Origin: an uncultured Gammaproteobacteria bacterium
Lineage (GTDB): Bacteria > Patescibacteriota > Microgenomatia > UBA10105 > UBA927
Assembly (NCBI GenBank): GCA_964629685.1
Contig: CAZVTT010000001.1
Span: 449,319-513,318 of the forward strand
DNA length: 64,000 bases
Direction of reading: 5' to 3'
The translations under genes were made by a program, and so were the position numbers. A model generated the notes under the pieces. It did not search any database and was not told the DNA's origin. It saw only the letters and a program-made list of their open reading frames with translations. Shown here one piece after another: positions 1 to 10,145 of the stretch (its first letter is position 1; each line of letters opens with the position of its first letter).

Positions 1-663
1 AACCAACTATGGTGGGATCTTCCCGCGCAAGAAACCTTTTTGCTACATAAAGAGATTTATAGTATTCCGGATGATGTATATAAAAAAACTCTATCCGAAT
101 TAGTTGAATTATTGGATGTTTCAAATGTATTAACAGTGCAAGTGCGTAAATTATCGCTGGGCGAACGCATGAGAATGGAATTAATTACGTCGTTATTACA
201 TTCGCCAAAAGTTTTTTTCTTAGATGAACCGACAATTGGTTTAGATGTTGTTATGCAGAAGAGACTGCGGGATTTTATTAGCCAATATAATAAACGATTT
301 AACGCTACCATATTACTTACTTCCCATTATATGGAAGACGTAAAACAGTTGGCACAGAGAGTAATAGTAATTGATCACGGAGCAATTATGTTTGACGGTA
401 AATTAAGTGAATTAGTTACACGTTACGCCAAACATAAACTTATTTCATTTTCATTGGACCGCGAATTTTCCCGTCCAGCTTTTCGGGGATTGGGAGATAT
501 CGTGCAATTTGATTTACCTAAAATAGTGCTGAAGACAAAGCGTGAAGAGTCAAATGCAGTTGCGGCTAGGTTACTGGAGTCTTTTCCCATATCTGATATA
601 ACCATAGAGGAGCCGACTACGGAAGATATAATCAGAGATTTGTTTTCTTCGATACACAAATGA
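1..663 (+). CDS. ABC transporter ATP-binding protein, C-terminal part (5' end lies outside window)
   Basis: Frame 1 is open from nt 1. ABC signature LSLGERMRMEL, Walker B FFLDEPTIGLD, H-loop LTSHYMED. Confidence 0.85.
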   Translation, partial: NQLWWDLPAQETFLLHKEIYSIPDDVYKKTLSELVELLDVSNVLTVQVRKLSLGERMRMELITSLLHSPKVFFLDEPTIGLDVVMQKRLRDFISQYNKRFNATILLTSHYMEDVKQLAQRVIVIDHGAIMFDGKLSELVTRYAKHKLISFSLDREFSRPAFRGLGDIVQFDLPKIVLKTKREESNAVAARLLESFPISDITIEEPTTEDIIRDLFSSIHK

Positions 664-666
664 ACA

Positions 667-1464
667 ATGAGAAATATTCGTTTACTGATCCTCCATATTC
701 AAGAAGCCTTCTATGTCCGGAGTCAGGCGTTTGTCTGGTTTCTGATTGTATTAATTAATCCACTTATATACCTAATGTATTGGAAAGCGGCACTACAGGA
801 AAATCCAGCTATTCTCAGCAATCAGAATACCGCGTCGTTAACGACCTATTATGTCATTCTTATTATTGCGGAAGCGTTACTGATGACTCATGTGGAAATT
901 GAAGTGGCTTTTCGCGATATATACGAAGGAAGGCTGTCGCAATATTTACTTAAACCTATTCCTTATATTTTTATGAAATTTTTTCAGGAGATGCCCTGGC
1001 GTTTGGTACAAGCGTTTTTTGGTATTGTTGTGTTTTTCGTTTTATATGCGTTATGGCCTGGTCAAATACACATACAATTCGGGTTCATCCAATTGTTAGT
1101 AATTTTACCTATTTTGTTAAGTGCGTTTATTCTATCTTTTTTATTCAAAATGGTATTGGGATTAACGGCAATTTGGACAACGGATTTTCGCGGTCTTTCC
1201 CAGGTAGTTGCTGTAGTTCTATTTATTATGGCAGGATATGTTATGCCCTTGCATTTATTACCTCCGCCGTTATTCACAGTGGCTAAGTTTTTACCATTTT
1301 TTTATATGATTTATTTTCCGGTTACTGCAGCGCAGGGGAATATTTCGGGTACCGAGCTTTGGAGCGGTATTTGTATTCAACTGTCTTGGCTTGTATTCTT
1401 TGGATGTTTATACCGGTATATGTGGCGGCAGGCCATGAAAAAATATAGCGGTGTGGGAGACTAA
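667..1464 (+). CDS. ABC-2 family transporter permease
   Basis: 265 aa polytopic membrane protein immediately after the ABC ATPase with a 3-nt gap; about 6 hydrophobic helices. Confidence 0.65.
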   Translation: MRNIRLLILHIQEAFYVRSQAFVWFLIVLINPLIYLMYWKAALQENPAILSNQNTASLTTYYVILIIAEALLMTHVEIEVAFRDIYEGRLSQYLLKPIPYIFMKFFQEMPWRLVQAFFGIVVFFVLYALWPGQIHIQFGFIQLLVILPILLSAFILSFLFKMVLGLTAIWTTDFRGLSQVVAVVLFIMAGYVMPLHLLPPPLFTVAKFLPFFYMIYFPVTAAQGNISGTELWSGICIQLSWLVFFGCLYRYMWRQAMKKYSGVGD

Positions 1465-1469
1465 TAACT

Positions 1470-2258
1470 ATGAAAAGGTATTTTAAGGTATATATTTGTT
1501 TGTTAAAGTTAAATTTTAACGCACTTCTAGCGTACCGTGCTAATTTCTATAATAATATCCTATCAAGTCTGGCTTGGGGGATCTTTACGTTTATTTCAAT
1601 GATCTTACTTACTGCCAGAGTTACTTCAGTATCAGGTTGGAGTCGTTATGAAATTTTATTACTCACCGCTGTCTATAGTATTTTCATCGGATTGTTTCAT
1701 ACTTTTTTTTCCCGGAATTTTGAACATGTTGCCAAGGCAATTCGATTTGGAGAAGTAGATCTGCTTTTAGTAAAACCGATAGATACACAATGGTTACTTA
1801 GTGTCTCCCAGGTTAACTTTGCCAGTTTCACCCGGGTAATAGCTGCTATTTTTTTTGTCGGATATCTGCATCAATACACGGATATTCATATTACCGTGTT
1901 GTCAGTACTTTTTACTCTGATGGGATTACTTATTGGTTTATTAACCGTATATTCGATCTGGTATATTGTAGTGACATTGACCATTTGGTCAAATGATTTA
2001 TCCAATTTAGTTGAAGTGCTTTATTCATTAACTAGTATTGGAAGATATCCTACTTCTATGGTTAGAAATGCATTGGGATATGCTTTTGTGTTAATCCTTC
2101 CGTTAAGTCTGGTGGCAGTTGTTCCGACGAAGATATTACTCCGTACGGTTACTGCAGCAGATGGTTTAAGTTTAATGTTTTCATCCGTGCTATTATTTTT
2201 AGTAAGTAGATTGTTTTGGTTTCGTTCGCTTCGTATGTATGCCGGTATGGGGTCTTAA
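1470..2258 (+). CDS. ABC-2 family transporter permease (second subunit)
   Basis: 262 aa polytopic membrane protein, paralogous architecture to the preceding ORF, same operon. Confidence 0.65.
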   Translation: MKRYFKVYICLLKLNFNALLAYRANFYNNILSSLAWGIFTFISMILLTARVTSVSGWSRYEILLLTAVYSIFIGLFHTFFSRNFEHVAKAIRFGEVDLLLVKPIDTQWLLSVSQVNFASFTRVIAAIFFVGYLHQYTDIHITVLSVLFTLMGLLIGLLTVYSIWYIVVTLTIWSNDLSNLVEVLYSLTSIGRYPTSMVRNALGYAFVLILPLSLVAVVPTKILLRTVTAADGLSLMFSSVLLFLVSRLFWFRSLRMYAGMGS

Positions 2259-2327
2259 TAGAAGGTGTTCTACCTATAGTGCATAAGGTCCGATGACAAA
2301 TTTGAAAAAGTTCTGTACACTAACAGT

Positions 2328-3230
2328 ATGCCAATTCCGAAAAAGAAAATTAATCCGGTCGAACCTAAAGATTCCGCACAGGATGTGCAGGATAGACCCG
2401 TGGTACGGCAAGTCATTGAAGTAGTCGAAGTCCTCGATGAGACGCCTTCTCCATCACAGAGAGAAATATCAAATATCAATATGAAGGTAGAGGTGTCACG
2501 TAGTGAGCCTGTAATTCCTCCTGAACCGCCTGTTGAAGTACCCGATGTCCCTGTGGAAAAGACTGTGGGTGAACTGATGCAGGAGGTAGATACAAAGCCA
2601 AGTGAAACCGTTACAGAGTCTTCTGAAGACGTTTCTGTAGAACCGGAACCTTCAATACAGGAAGATGAGATGGTAACCGACAAGCAGAAAGCTACGGTTG
2701 AATCTTTATTCTCTAAAACAGAGCCTGCGGTTTTACCTGAAATTTCCGTACATACACCGAATAATTCGGGAAGAAGCATATTTGTTTGGGCGATGATTAT
2801 GCTGGTTATAGCGTTAGTTATAGGGGGTGCCCTGGTGTTATTTACCGGCAAAACTAACAGGGCGCCACAACTTGCACCGGTCCAACCTACAACCGCTCCG
2901 ACAGCTGTCGCTACTCCTACCGCAACACCGACACCTGTGGCTATGGATAAAGATGCGCTGAAAGTTCAAGTACTAAATGGGGGAGGAAAAACAGGGGCGG
3001 CGGGAAAAATGAAGGAGCTTTTAACCACAAAAGGCTATAAAGTTGCAAATACCGGAAATACTGAAGAATACACGTTCGAAAAATCCGAAGTTCATGTTAA
3101 GCCTGCGTTATCTGCGAATTTGACTGAGATAACCGATGATCTGAAAGAAGATTATACAGTAGGTGAATCGGCTGCCGATCTACCCGCTGATTCCACATAC
3201 GATGTTCAGATTATTGTGGGAAAAGAATAA
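2328..3230 (+). CDS. LytR_C (LytR cell-envelope-related C-terminal) domain membrane protein with acidic Pro/Glu-rich N-terminus
   Basis: Single TM helix (FVWAMIMLVIALVIGGALVLF), then LKVQVLNGGGKTGAAGKMKELL...GYKV motif typical of LytR_C. Overlapping minus ORF 2270-2851 is low complexity. Confidence 0.6.
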   Translation: MPIPKKKINPVEPKDSAQDVQDRPVVRQVIEVVEVLDETPSPSQREISNINMKVEVSRSEPVIPPEPPVEVPDVPVEKTVGELMQEVDTKPSETVTESSEDVSVEPEPSIQEDEMVTDKQKATVESLFSKTEPAVLPEISVHTPNNSGRSIFVWAMIMLVIALVIGGALVLFTGKTNRAPQLAPVQPTTAPTAVATPTATPTPVAMDKDALKVQVLNGGGKTGAAGKMKELLTTKGYKVANTGNTEEYTFEKSEVHVKPALSANLTEITDDLKEDYTVGESAADLPADSTYDVQIIVGKE

Positions 3231-3294
3231 ATTAGACAATTTCTTCCTTCTAGCCTCAGTTTCTGCTAAAATACGGCAGTGTGAATGATGTTTT

Positions 3295-4521
3295 TTGCGC
3301 AAATATATCATGAAATACCATATAATTACGTTTGGATGTGCAGCGAATGAAGCGGATAGTGAACGGATTGCAGCGTCATACGAGGCGCGTGGGTATGAAT
3401 CAGCTACGGATCAGAATGATGCGGATGATATTGTAATAAATACGTGCATGATTCGCGAGAAAGCAGAGAACAGGGTTTATGGGTTGGTTCATAATCTTTC
3501 GAAGGAAAAAGAACGGGGACGTGGTGTAAAAATTGTCGTGACAGGATGTATGGTAGGCATGGCACTTCGGGAGAAAAGTGGGAAAATGTTAGCTTCCTTA
3601 AAACGAAAAATGCCCACAGTCGATGAGTTCCTGCCTATCGAAGAAGTCGGGTTTGATCATGCTCCAGTCCGGACGAGTGCGCAACATGCATGGGTTCCCA
3701 TTTCTAATGGCTGTAATAATTTCTGCACGTTCTGTGTCGTTCCGTTTACCAGAGGTAGAGAAATAAGCAGACCTGTTGAAGATATTCTCAGTGAGTGTCG
3801 GACTTTAGCGGAGAGTGGATATACACAGGTAACGCTTGTGGGACAGAATGTGAATTCTTACGGTGCTGATTTGCTTCTAGGTGAAACGAATATACAGGTT
3901 TTACGTGATATAGATGGAAAAGCATATTTCCCACAACCTGCTATAGATCGGACGTACAAAGTAAATGGAGTTGTAATTAAGCCGACCTTTGTAAAGCATC
4001 TTGGTAGATTGCGTATTCCCACGATGTTTCCTTATCTGCTTGAGCAAATTTGTGCTATACCGGGATTGGAAACTATAGATTTTATTTCCAGTAATCCTTG
4101 GGATTTTTCAGATGAATTGATAGAGTGCATAGCGATGCAGCCAAAAGTATCGCGTCATATTCATTTACCTGTGCAGTCAGGAGACACTGCCTTGTTAAAA
4201 AAGATGAACAGGTGGTATAGCCGTGAGGATTATTTGATCCTGGTAAAAAAATTACGCGAAAGAATTCCAGACGTTACAATCTCTACGGATATTATTGTCG
4301 GTTTCTGCGGTGAATCCGAAGAGCAGTTTAATAATACGGTAGACCTATGTAAACAAGTTGGATTTTCAAAGGCATATGTTGCTATTTATTCCGTTCGGCC
4401 GATGACTTCGGCAACCAAAATATATGAAGATAGTGTCCCGCATACGGTAAAAAAGCAACGTTGGGATGTGCTGGAAGAATTGATAAATAAAACTAATCTG
4501 CGTGCAGGTACTTACAGATAA
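3295..4521 (+). CDS. miaB: MiaB-like tRNA methylthiotransferase (radical SAM MTTase)
   Basis: N-terminal MTTase motif ITFGCAANEADSE; radical SAM CNNFCTFCVVP; 1-nt overlap (TAATG) with miaA. No obvious C-terminal TRAM domain. Confidence 0.7.
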   Translation: MRKYIMKYHIITFGCAANEADSERIAASYEARGYESATDQNDADDIVINTCMIREKAENRVYGLVHNLSKEKERGRGVKIVVTGCMVGMALREKSGKMLASLKRKMPTVDEFLPIEEVGFDHAPVRTSAQHAWVPISNGCNNFCTFCVVPFTRGREISRPVEDILSECRTLAESGYTQVTLVGQNVNSYGADLLLGETNIQVLRDIDGKAYFPQPAIDRTYKVNGVVIKPTFVKHLGRLRIPTMFPYLLEQICAIPGLETIDFISSNPWDFSDELIECIAMQPKVSRHIHLPVQSGDTALLKKMNRWYSREDYLILVKKLRERIPDVTISTDIIVGFCGESEEQFNNTVDLCKQVGFSKAYVAIYSVRPMTSATKIYEDSVPHTVKKQRWDVLEELINKTNLRAGTYR

Positions 4522-5549
4522 TGGAAAGAATTCCGATATTCGTTTTTACCGGTTGCACTGCTACAGGAAAAACTGCGGCAGCGTTATCGTTTGCGAAAGA
4601 TATTGGCGGGGAAATAGTTAGTATTGATTCCAGGCAAATATATCGCCACCTGAACATCGGAACAGGAAAGGATATTCCGTCTGATGCTTTTCTACTTCCC
4701 AATACCGTTGTCGTAAATTTTAGAAAAGAAGAATGTTCAGTTTCTCCATACTCTATCTCAGACGTACCGGTTTGGTTGTATGACAGCATTAATCCAAACC
4801 AACAATGTAACATTGCGCTGTACAGTTTGTTAGCCCGCACTGTGATTCAGCATATACACGAGAGAAATAAACCGGTAATACTAGTTGGCGGAAGCGGGTA
4901 TTACCTTTCGTCCGTACTCATGGATATACCTACAATTCAAGTGCCCAGAAATGAATCATTACGACAGGAATTGAATGTTCTAACAGTTAGTGATTTACAG
5001 CAGCGGTTAATAGATATAAACGAATCGGTATTTACTACCATGAATGGTTCTGACAGATGTAATCCTCATCGCCTTATTCGGAAAATAGAAATAGCTATGT
5101 ATACCGGTTCCTCCATACAGCCAAGCCTGCATCCGGCATCATTGTATAACGCTACAATCGTGGCTTTTATCGCTACGAACGAATCATTAAAACAAAGAGT
5201 TACTCAGCGGGTAGACAAACGGCTAAAACAGGGAATAATATCGGAAATACGAGAGTTATTAAAGATAGGTTATAGCTGGGATTCACCGGGGCTTCAAACA
5301 ATAAGTTATATGGAGTGGAAACAATATATTACTTCTCAACATGAGAATGTACTGACACCGTCAATCCTAACTTCGGTACGGAATGAATGGATACGGCATG
5401 AATATCTTTACGCTAAGCGACAACTAACCTGGTTTCGGAAAATCCCTGATGTACACTGGATATCTGTCGACGATTCAGATTGGTCTGATAAGCTGGCTGC
5501 TTATCAGGATGCATGGTATACTATGGTTAAGAATGACTACAAAAGTTGA
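4521..5549 (+). CDS. miaA: tRNA dimethylallyltransferase
   Basis: P-loop FVFTGCTATGKTAAA and IPPT family motifs (SIDSRQIYRHLNIGTGK). Confidence 0.8.
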   Translation: MERIPIFVFTGCTATGKTAAALSFAKDIGGEIVSIDSRQIYRHLNIGTGKDIPSDAFLLPNTVVVNFRKEECSVSPYSISDVPVWLYDSINPNQQCNIALYSLLARTVIQHIHERNKPVILVGGSGYYLSSVLMDIPTIQVPRNESLRQELNVLTVSDLQQRLIDINESVFTTMNGSDRCNPHRLIRKIEIAMYTGSSIQPSLHPASLYNATIVAFIATNESLKQRVTQRVDKRLKQGIISEIRELLKIGYSWDSPGLQTISYMEWKQYITSQHENVLTPSILTSVRNEWIRHEYLYAKRQLTWFRKIPDVHWISVDDSDWSDKLAAYQDAWYTMVKNDYKS

Positions 5550-6549
5550 AATATCATACCGAACCATACTATTTATATTCGCATTCTTGGCTGCGATTTG
5601 GTTTCTACTTCAAATTCGGGATATAGTTTATCTCTTATTTGTGGCCTTTTTACTCATGACAGCCCTTAGGCCCATGGTTGAATGGCTCGCTAAATATAGG
5701 GTTCCCCGGGTTGTAGCCGTATTGTTGATTTATACGATTGTATTCGGATTTTTTGGTATATCTTTGGCAGGTGCGATACCTTCTTTAGTCTCTCAATCCG
5801 TCAGATTATTTACTGATTTACCGAATTTTGTCAGCCGGATGGTGCCGAATTGGAACATAGATGCCAGAGCATTTACTGAACAGATTGCCCCAATTAGTGA
5901 AAATGTAGTGAAGGTAACTGTCGGAATTTTTTCAAATATCGTTAACTTAATGACGGTTCTCGTGTTTAGTTTTTACTTTATTTTGGAACGTAGACATGCG
6001 GAGAAGATATTAACAGATTCATTCGGTTCTGAGGTTTCAAATCGGGTAATTTCGGTTGCACGGGATGTTGAAATTCGTTTGGGGGCATGGGTACGTGGTC
6101 AGTTGTTGCTTATGGTGATAGTAGGGGTGTTAGTGTATGTAGGATTAACAATTTTACATGTTGATTATGCATTACCCTTGGCAATTATCGCCGGAATATT
6201 GGAAATTCTCCCCATGATCGGGCCAAATTTAGCAGCAGTTCCCGGCATACTGGTAGCCTTAACGGTATCGCCCTTGCTTGCAGTTTCCGTGGCCGCTCTA
6301 TACTTTATTATTCAGCAAATAGAAAACAATATTATTGTTCCGCAGGTAATGAAAAGAAGCGTTGGTTTTTCACCCTTAGTTACTATTCTTTCATTAATGA
6401 TTGGAGCCAGAATGGCGGGGATTGTTGGGGCGGTATTGGCAGTACCGGTTGTTATTACACTGCAGGCAATACTACACGACATTTTGGTAAAGCAACCTAT
6501 TAAATTCGGAAAGCAGAAAAATGAAGACCACTCGTCATCTTCTTCATAA
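5533..6549 (+). CDS. AI-2E family transporter (UPF0118/PerM-like)
   Basis: 8 TM segments, typical AI-2E architecture. Start moved to the ATG at 5533, giving a 17-nt overlap with miaA instead of 101 nt. Confidence 0.65.
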   Translation: MTTKVEISYRTILFIFAFLAAIWFLLQIRDIVYLLFVAFLLMTALRPMVEWLAKYRVPRVVAVLLIYTIVFGFFGISLAGAIPSLVSQSVRLFTDLPNFVSRMVPNWNIDARAFTEQIAPISENVVKVTVGIFSNIVNLMTVLVFSFYFILERRHAEKILTDSFGSEVSNRVISVARDVEIRLGAWVRGQLLLMVIVGVLVYVGLTILHVDYALPLAIIAGILEILPMIGPNLAAVPGILVALTVSPLLAVSVAALYFIIQQIENNIIVPQVMKRSVGFSPLVTILSLMIGARMAGIVGAVLAVPVVITLQAILHDILVKQPIKFGKQKNEDHSSSSS

Positions 6550-6557
6550 TTATTCTA

Positions 6558-6976
6558 TTGTCGATATCTCATAAGCCAGATTCTGTTTTTCCTTTCGGAT
6601 AGACTCTCATTGCTCTAATGCCCGTATACTTTGACTCGCATCCCTGAAAATCAGGTACTGCCGAATGCATGGTCGTCGAGTCGGTCGCCGGTTGCAGTAG
6701 GTGGGATTGTCGCGTTTCATACGTCTTCCATTGCTTACGCTTTAGGAAGTCGATCGTCTCTGTGACTCTCTCACTCTGTCTGTTCAGAGATCGTCCGAGT
6801 ATCTTTCGATGTATCGGCACCAGTAATATACCCTTCGGTATATTATCACCGCTTACGCGGAGTCCCCCGCATTCTACTGTCTGGACTTTCCTCCCACCGG
6901 CACTTCGGCCTGAAACTTACAGTAAGTAAGTTCCAAAGACGAAGTACCGAAAGGCGAGAATCCGGATATCAACGGG
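6558..6976 (-). ncRNA. rnpB: RNase P RNA (bacterial ribozyme)
   Basis: Minus-strand transcript contains GGGAGGAAAGUCCAGAC (P4 5' strand with bulged U) and ACAGAAUCUGGCUUAU (P4 3' strand). A-U replaces the E. coli G-C pair at one P4 position, a compensatory change. It also has an AAUCCCACCUACUGCAA segment resembling the conserved GGUAAACNCCACC region. Terminal P1 pairs UUGAUAUC with GAUAUCGA. Elevated GC; no coding potential, both overlapping ORFs being spurious. Confidence 0.75.
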
Positions 6977-7059
6977 ACTATTATAGCAAATTCAGGCTGG
7001 GATTGATAAAGTTTATGTATCAGTAGCACTTATTTTGTATATATACCAGTGCTATACTG

Positions 7060-8751
7060 TTGAGTATGAAAACACTATTTGAACAGAAAAATTTAGTTGC
7101 AATTGATAAAGAACTGCATGCGTACCCCGAAACGGTGACGATAACCGGTAAAACCTTGTCGCTTACAGAAATTGCAGCGGTTGCCCGTTGTGGAAAACAG
7201 GTAGAATTTACCGACGATAAAGCAGTACGTAATAAACTTGTAGATTGTTATAGCCACATGATCTCCGATGTAAAAGCTGGAATACCAATATATGGATGCA
7301 ATACCGGATATGGAGCACGTGCGGGCAGGGTATTAAATCAAGGGAATGAAGCTCAGCGTCTGAAAATTGCCCGGAAAATTTCGGAAAGTATAGTACACAC
7401 GGATGTGACTGTGGGACCGGAATTGGGAAGGGATGTAATCAGGGCAGCTATGCTCATTCGGATAAATATGCTACTTCAGGGGGTAAGTGCTGTAAGGCTG
7501 GAGGACTTAAATCTTTATCGTACACTTATTAATCGGAATCTTATTCCCGTCGTAAACGCATACGGCGGATTGGGAGCTTCGGGTGATCTTGCCCACAATA
7601 GTCGTGTAGTTAGTGCCTTACGACAACTGCCCGGAACTTTCATGTGGGATGAAAAAGGCAAAAAATATGAAGCCAGAAAATTACTCAGAAAAAATAAAAT
7701 ATTGCCCCTGATTCTGGAGCCAAAAGCCGGTTTAGGATTGGTGAACGGGGATAATTTTTCTACTGCAGCTGCATCGCTTATTGCGATGGATTTAGTTGAT
7801 TGTATGCTTATCGCCGATGTTACCGGAGCGTTAGTCATAGAAGTTTTAAGAGGTTCTAACAGAACGTTTCATCCACTGCTTGCTACTGTCCGTCCTCATG
7901 CCGGGCAAAAGGAAGTAAGCCAAGTGTATAGATTTTTATTGGACGGGAGTAAACTAGCGTATCAGGAAATGACCGGACAATTGCCTCGGGAGAAAGGTGT
8001 AAAGATTCAGGATGCATACAGCCTCCGTTGTTTGGCCCAGTCAGAGGGATTAAATAGGGAGCAGGTTAAATGGGTGTTGGATACAATCGTTTGTAATGCA
8101 AATTCTGTTTCGGATAATCCTTTATGGGTTCCGCCGGGCGAAGAAACACCGGGAGAAACGCCATGGCAATGGGTAAGCGGCGGTAATTTTTTTGCAATGC
8201 ATATGAGTGAAGTTATAGACATCATGCGTAAAATTATGACCAGACTCATTAAACGAAATGATCGACAGCTTCACAGAATGGTATCTCCGCATGAAAACAA
8301 TGGTATGCCTGCTAATTTATCCGATAATCGTGCAATTTCCGCGTGCACATTTAAAGGCGTACAGCTGCAATCGGGAATGTTCGACGTATATTCCATGATA
8401 CTGGCGCAGCCGGTAAATACATTGTTTGGAATTCATGAGGAAAGTAATCAGGATATTACTCCTCATGCTTTAACATCTGCTATTCTTGCATGGGAGAATC
8501 TGAGACTTTTACGGTATTCCCTGTCAATGAATTTACTGGCGGTATCTCAAGCTGTAGATATTCGGGGAGGAAAAAAATTGCTGTCAGAAAAAACTAGACC
8601 GGTATATGAGTTTATCCGCGGACATGCCGGGTATGTAACGAAAGAACAGCCATTGGCTCCGCAAATTGAGCAAATTTCTTCAACTATTGTTGATGGGACG
8701 CTCAGTGAAGTAATACGTAAAGAAGTATTCGGAAATTACCTTCATGAATAA
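7060..8751 (+). CDS. MIO-dependent aromatic amino acid ammonia-lyase/aminomutase family protein (HAL/PAL/TAL-like)
   Basis: 563 aa; Ala-Ser-Gly MIO-forming triad inside GGLGASGDLAHNSR; overall HAL/PAL-like length and motif order. Confidence 0.8.
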   Translation: MSMKTLFEQKNLVAIDKELHAYPETVTITGKTLSLTEIAAVARCGKQVEFTDDKAVRNKLVDCYSHMISDVKAGIPIYGCNTGYGARAGRVLNQGNEAQRLKIARKISESIVHTDVTVGPELGRDVIRAAMLIRINMLLQGVSAVRLEDLNLYRTLINRNLIPVVNAYGGLGASGDLAHNSRVVSALRQLPGTFMWDEKGKKYEARKLLRKNKILPLILEPKAGLGLVNGDNFSTAAASLIAMDLVDCMLIADVTGALVIEVLRGSNRTFHPLLATVRPHAGQKEVSQVYRFLLDGSKLAYQEMTGQLPREKGVKIQDAYSLRCLAQSEGLNREQVKWVLDTIVCNANSVSDNPLWVPPGEETPGETPWQWVSGGNFFAMHMSEVIDIMRKIMTRLIKRNDRQLHRMVSPHENNGMPANLSDNRAISACTFKGVQLQSGMFDVYSMILAQPVNTLFGIHEESNQDITPHALTSAILAWENLRLLRYSLSMNLLAVSQAVDIRGGKKLLSEKTRPVYEFIRGHAGYVTKEQPLAPQIEQISSTIVDGTLSEVIRKEVFGNYLHE

Positions 8752-10141
8752 TTCAACGGCAGTCGACCAGGCTATCGATTTGTTCCGCACCGTTTATGAA
8801 TCCTCTCCAGCATATAAGCATTTTATTGATTCACGGGGTATAGAACCAAAAGCAATAAAATCGGCCAGTGATTATTTCGGTGTACCTATGACCGATAAGG
8901 ATAATTACATTCGTAAGTATCCCTTTCAGGATCGACTGTTCGGTGGTAAATTACCCAGTGATTACTATATGATCTGTTCGAGCTCCGGTACCAGCGGCGA
9001 ACCGACTTTTTGGCCGAGGGATATAAATATTGATGGTAGTTTGGAAAAACGAAAAGAAGCGTTATACGAAGAACATTTTCAAATTGGTAAAAAGAAGACC
9101 TTATGCGTTATTACGTTTGGTTTAGGAGTGTGGACAGCCGGAATGTTAACAGCGAAGCTCTCTTGGGCAGCTGCCCGGGGAAATAAATTTACGGTAGTTA
9201 CCCCCGGGATAAATATTGAAAACACATTCGGACTACTTAAAGGGTTATCTCCGTTTTATGACCAGACACTTATTGTGGGGTATCCGCCATTTTTATCTGA
9301 TTTTGTTGAATATGCGATTTCCCAGAAGCTGTCCCTGAAGCAGTACAGCACTAAATTGTTGTATACCAGTGAATATGTAAGTGAGCAATGGAGAAATGAA
9401 ATGGCGGCACGGATCAGTAAAACCGGCAGTAGATATGATGTCGTTAGTTTCTACGCCTGTTCGGACACCGGGATTATAGGAGCGGAAACCCGAGGAATTA
9501 TCGATTTATTGGACATGTGCGATGCGGATGATACTTTATGTCAGTCTTTATTTAATGCGAGTCAAACTCCCTCACTCGTCCAGTATGATCCGACAAAAAA
9601 ATTTATTGAGTCTATAGACGGAGAAATAATAATAACTGCAAATCAGCCAATGCCGTTAATTCGGTACAACATTCATGACCGCGGAGGTGTTTTGCAGGCC
9701 GATACAGTCAGGGAAGTATTTAAAGCCAGACACAAACATACGCCAAAAACGTTTACCGGCGATAATTACGTCTATATTTTCGGAAGAATTGATGCGGTAA
9801 AACTGACGGCAAATATTTACATAGAAGATATAAAGTATTGTCTGGAGCGATCCCATATTTATGAAAAACTTACCGGTCATTTCCAGTATGGCATAGTTAA
9901 ATCGAAAACGTTAAGGAATCGCCTGAAAGTAAAAGTGTTTATAAAACCGGGTGAATCAATTAGCTCTAACGATAAAATAGTATTTGCAGCTAAATTTTAC
10001 GAACATTTACTCGAAGCAAATAACGATTTTAATATGATTCAAAGCGGAACAAAAATTGAACCTTTTCAGTTTGAATTTACTGATGAGCCCGATGATACGG
10101 CATACAAAAATAGTAAATTAAAGTATTTTCTAAAATCATAG
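8744..10141 (+). CDS. PaaK/coenzyme F390 synthetase-like adenylate-forming ligase
   Basis: SSGTSGEPTFWPR matches the PaaK-family AMP-binding motif SSGTTGKPT; 8-nt overlap with the upstream lyase gene. Confidence 0.65.
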   Translation: MNNSTAVDQAIDLFRTVYESSPAYKHFIDSRGIEPKAIKSASDYFGVPMTDKDNYIRKYPFQDRLFGGKLPSDYYMICSSSGTSGEPTFWPRDINIDGSLEKRKEALYEEHFQIGKKKTLCVITFGLGVWTAGMLTAKLSWAAARGNKFTVVTPGINIENTFGLLKGLSPFYDQTLIVGYPPFLSDFVEYAISQKLSLKQYSTKLLYTSEYVSEQWRNEMAARISKTGSRYDVVSFYACSDTGIIGAETRGIIDLLDMCDADDTLCQSLFNASQTPSLVQYDPTKKFIESIDGEIIITANQPMPLIRYNIHDRGGVLQADTVREVFKARHKHTPKTFTGDNYVYIFGRIDAVKLTANIYIEDIKYCLERSHIYEKLTGHFQYGIVKSKTLRNRLKVKVFIKPGESISSNDKIVFAAKFYEHLLEANNDFNMIQSGTKIEPFQFEFTDEPDDTAYKNSKLKYFLKS

Positions 10142-10145
10142 AAAT

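Noticed and set aside
2270-2851. 193-aa minus-strand ORF
   Set aside because: Ser/Thr/Gly-rich low-complexity antisense translation of the acidic N-terminal region of the LytR_C protein; the plus-strand gene has a recognisable domain.
4493-4840. 115-aa minus-strand ORF inside miaA
   Set aside because: Antisense to a well-supported miaA; no motifs.
6569-6929. Track ORFs 6569-6820 (minus, 83 aa) and 6669-6929 (plus, 86 aa)
   Set aside because: They overlap the RNase P RNA. They are GC-rich with no RBS, and the translated sequences are low-complexity, so I treat them as non-coding.
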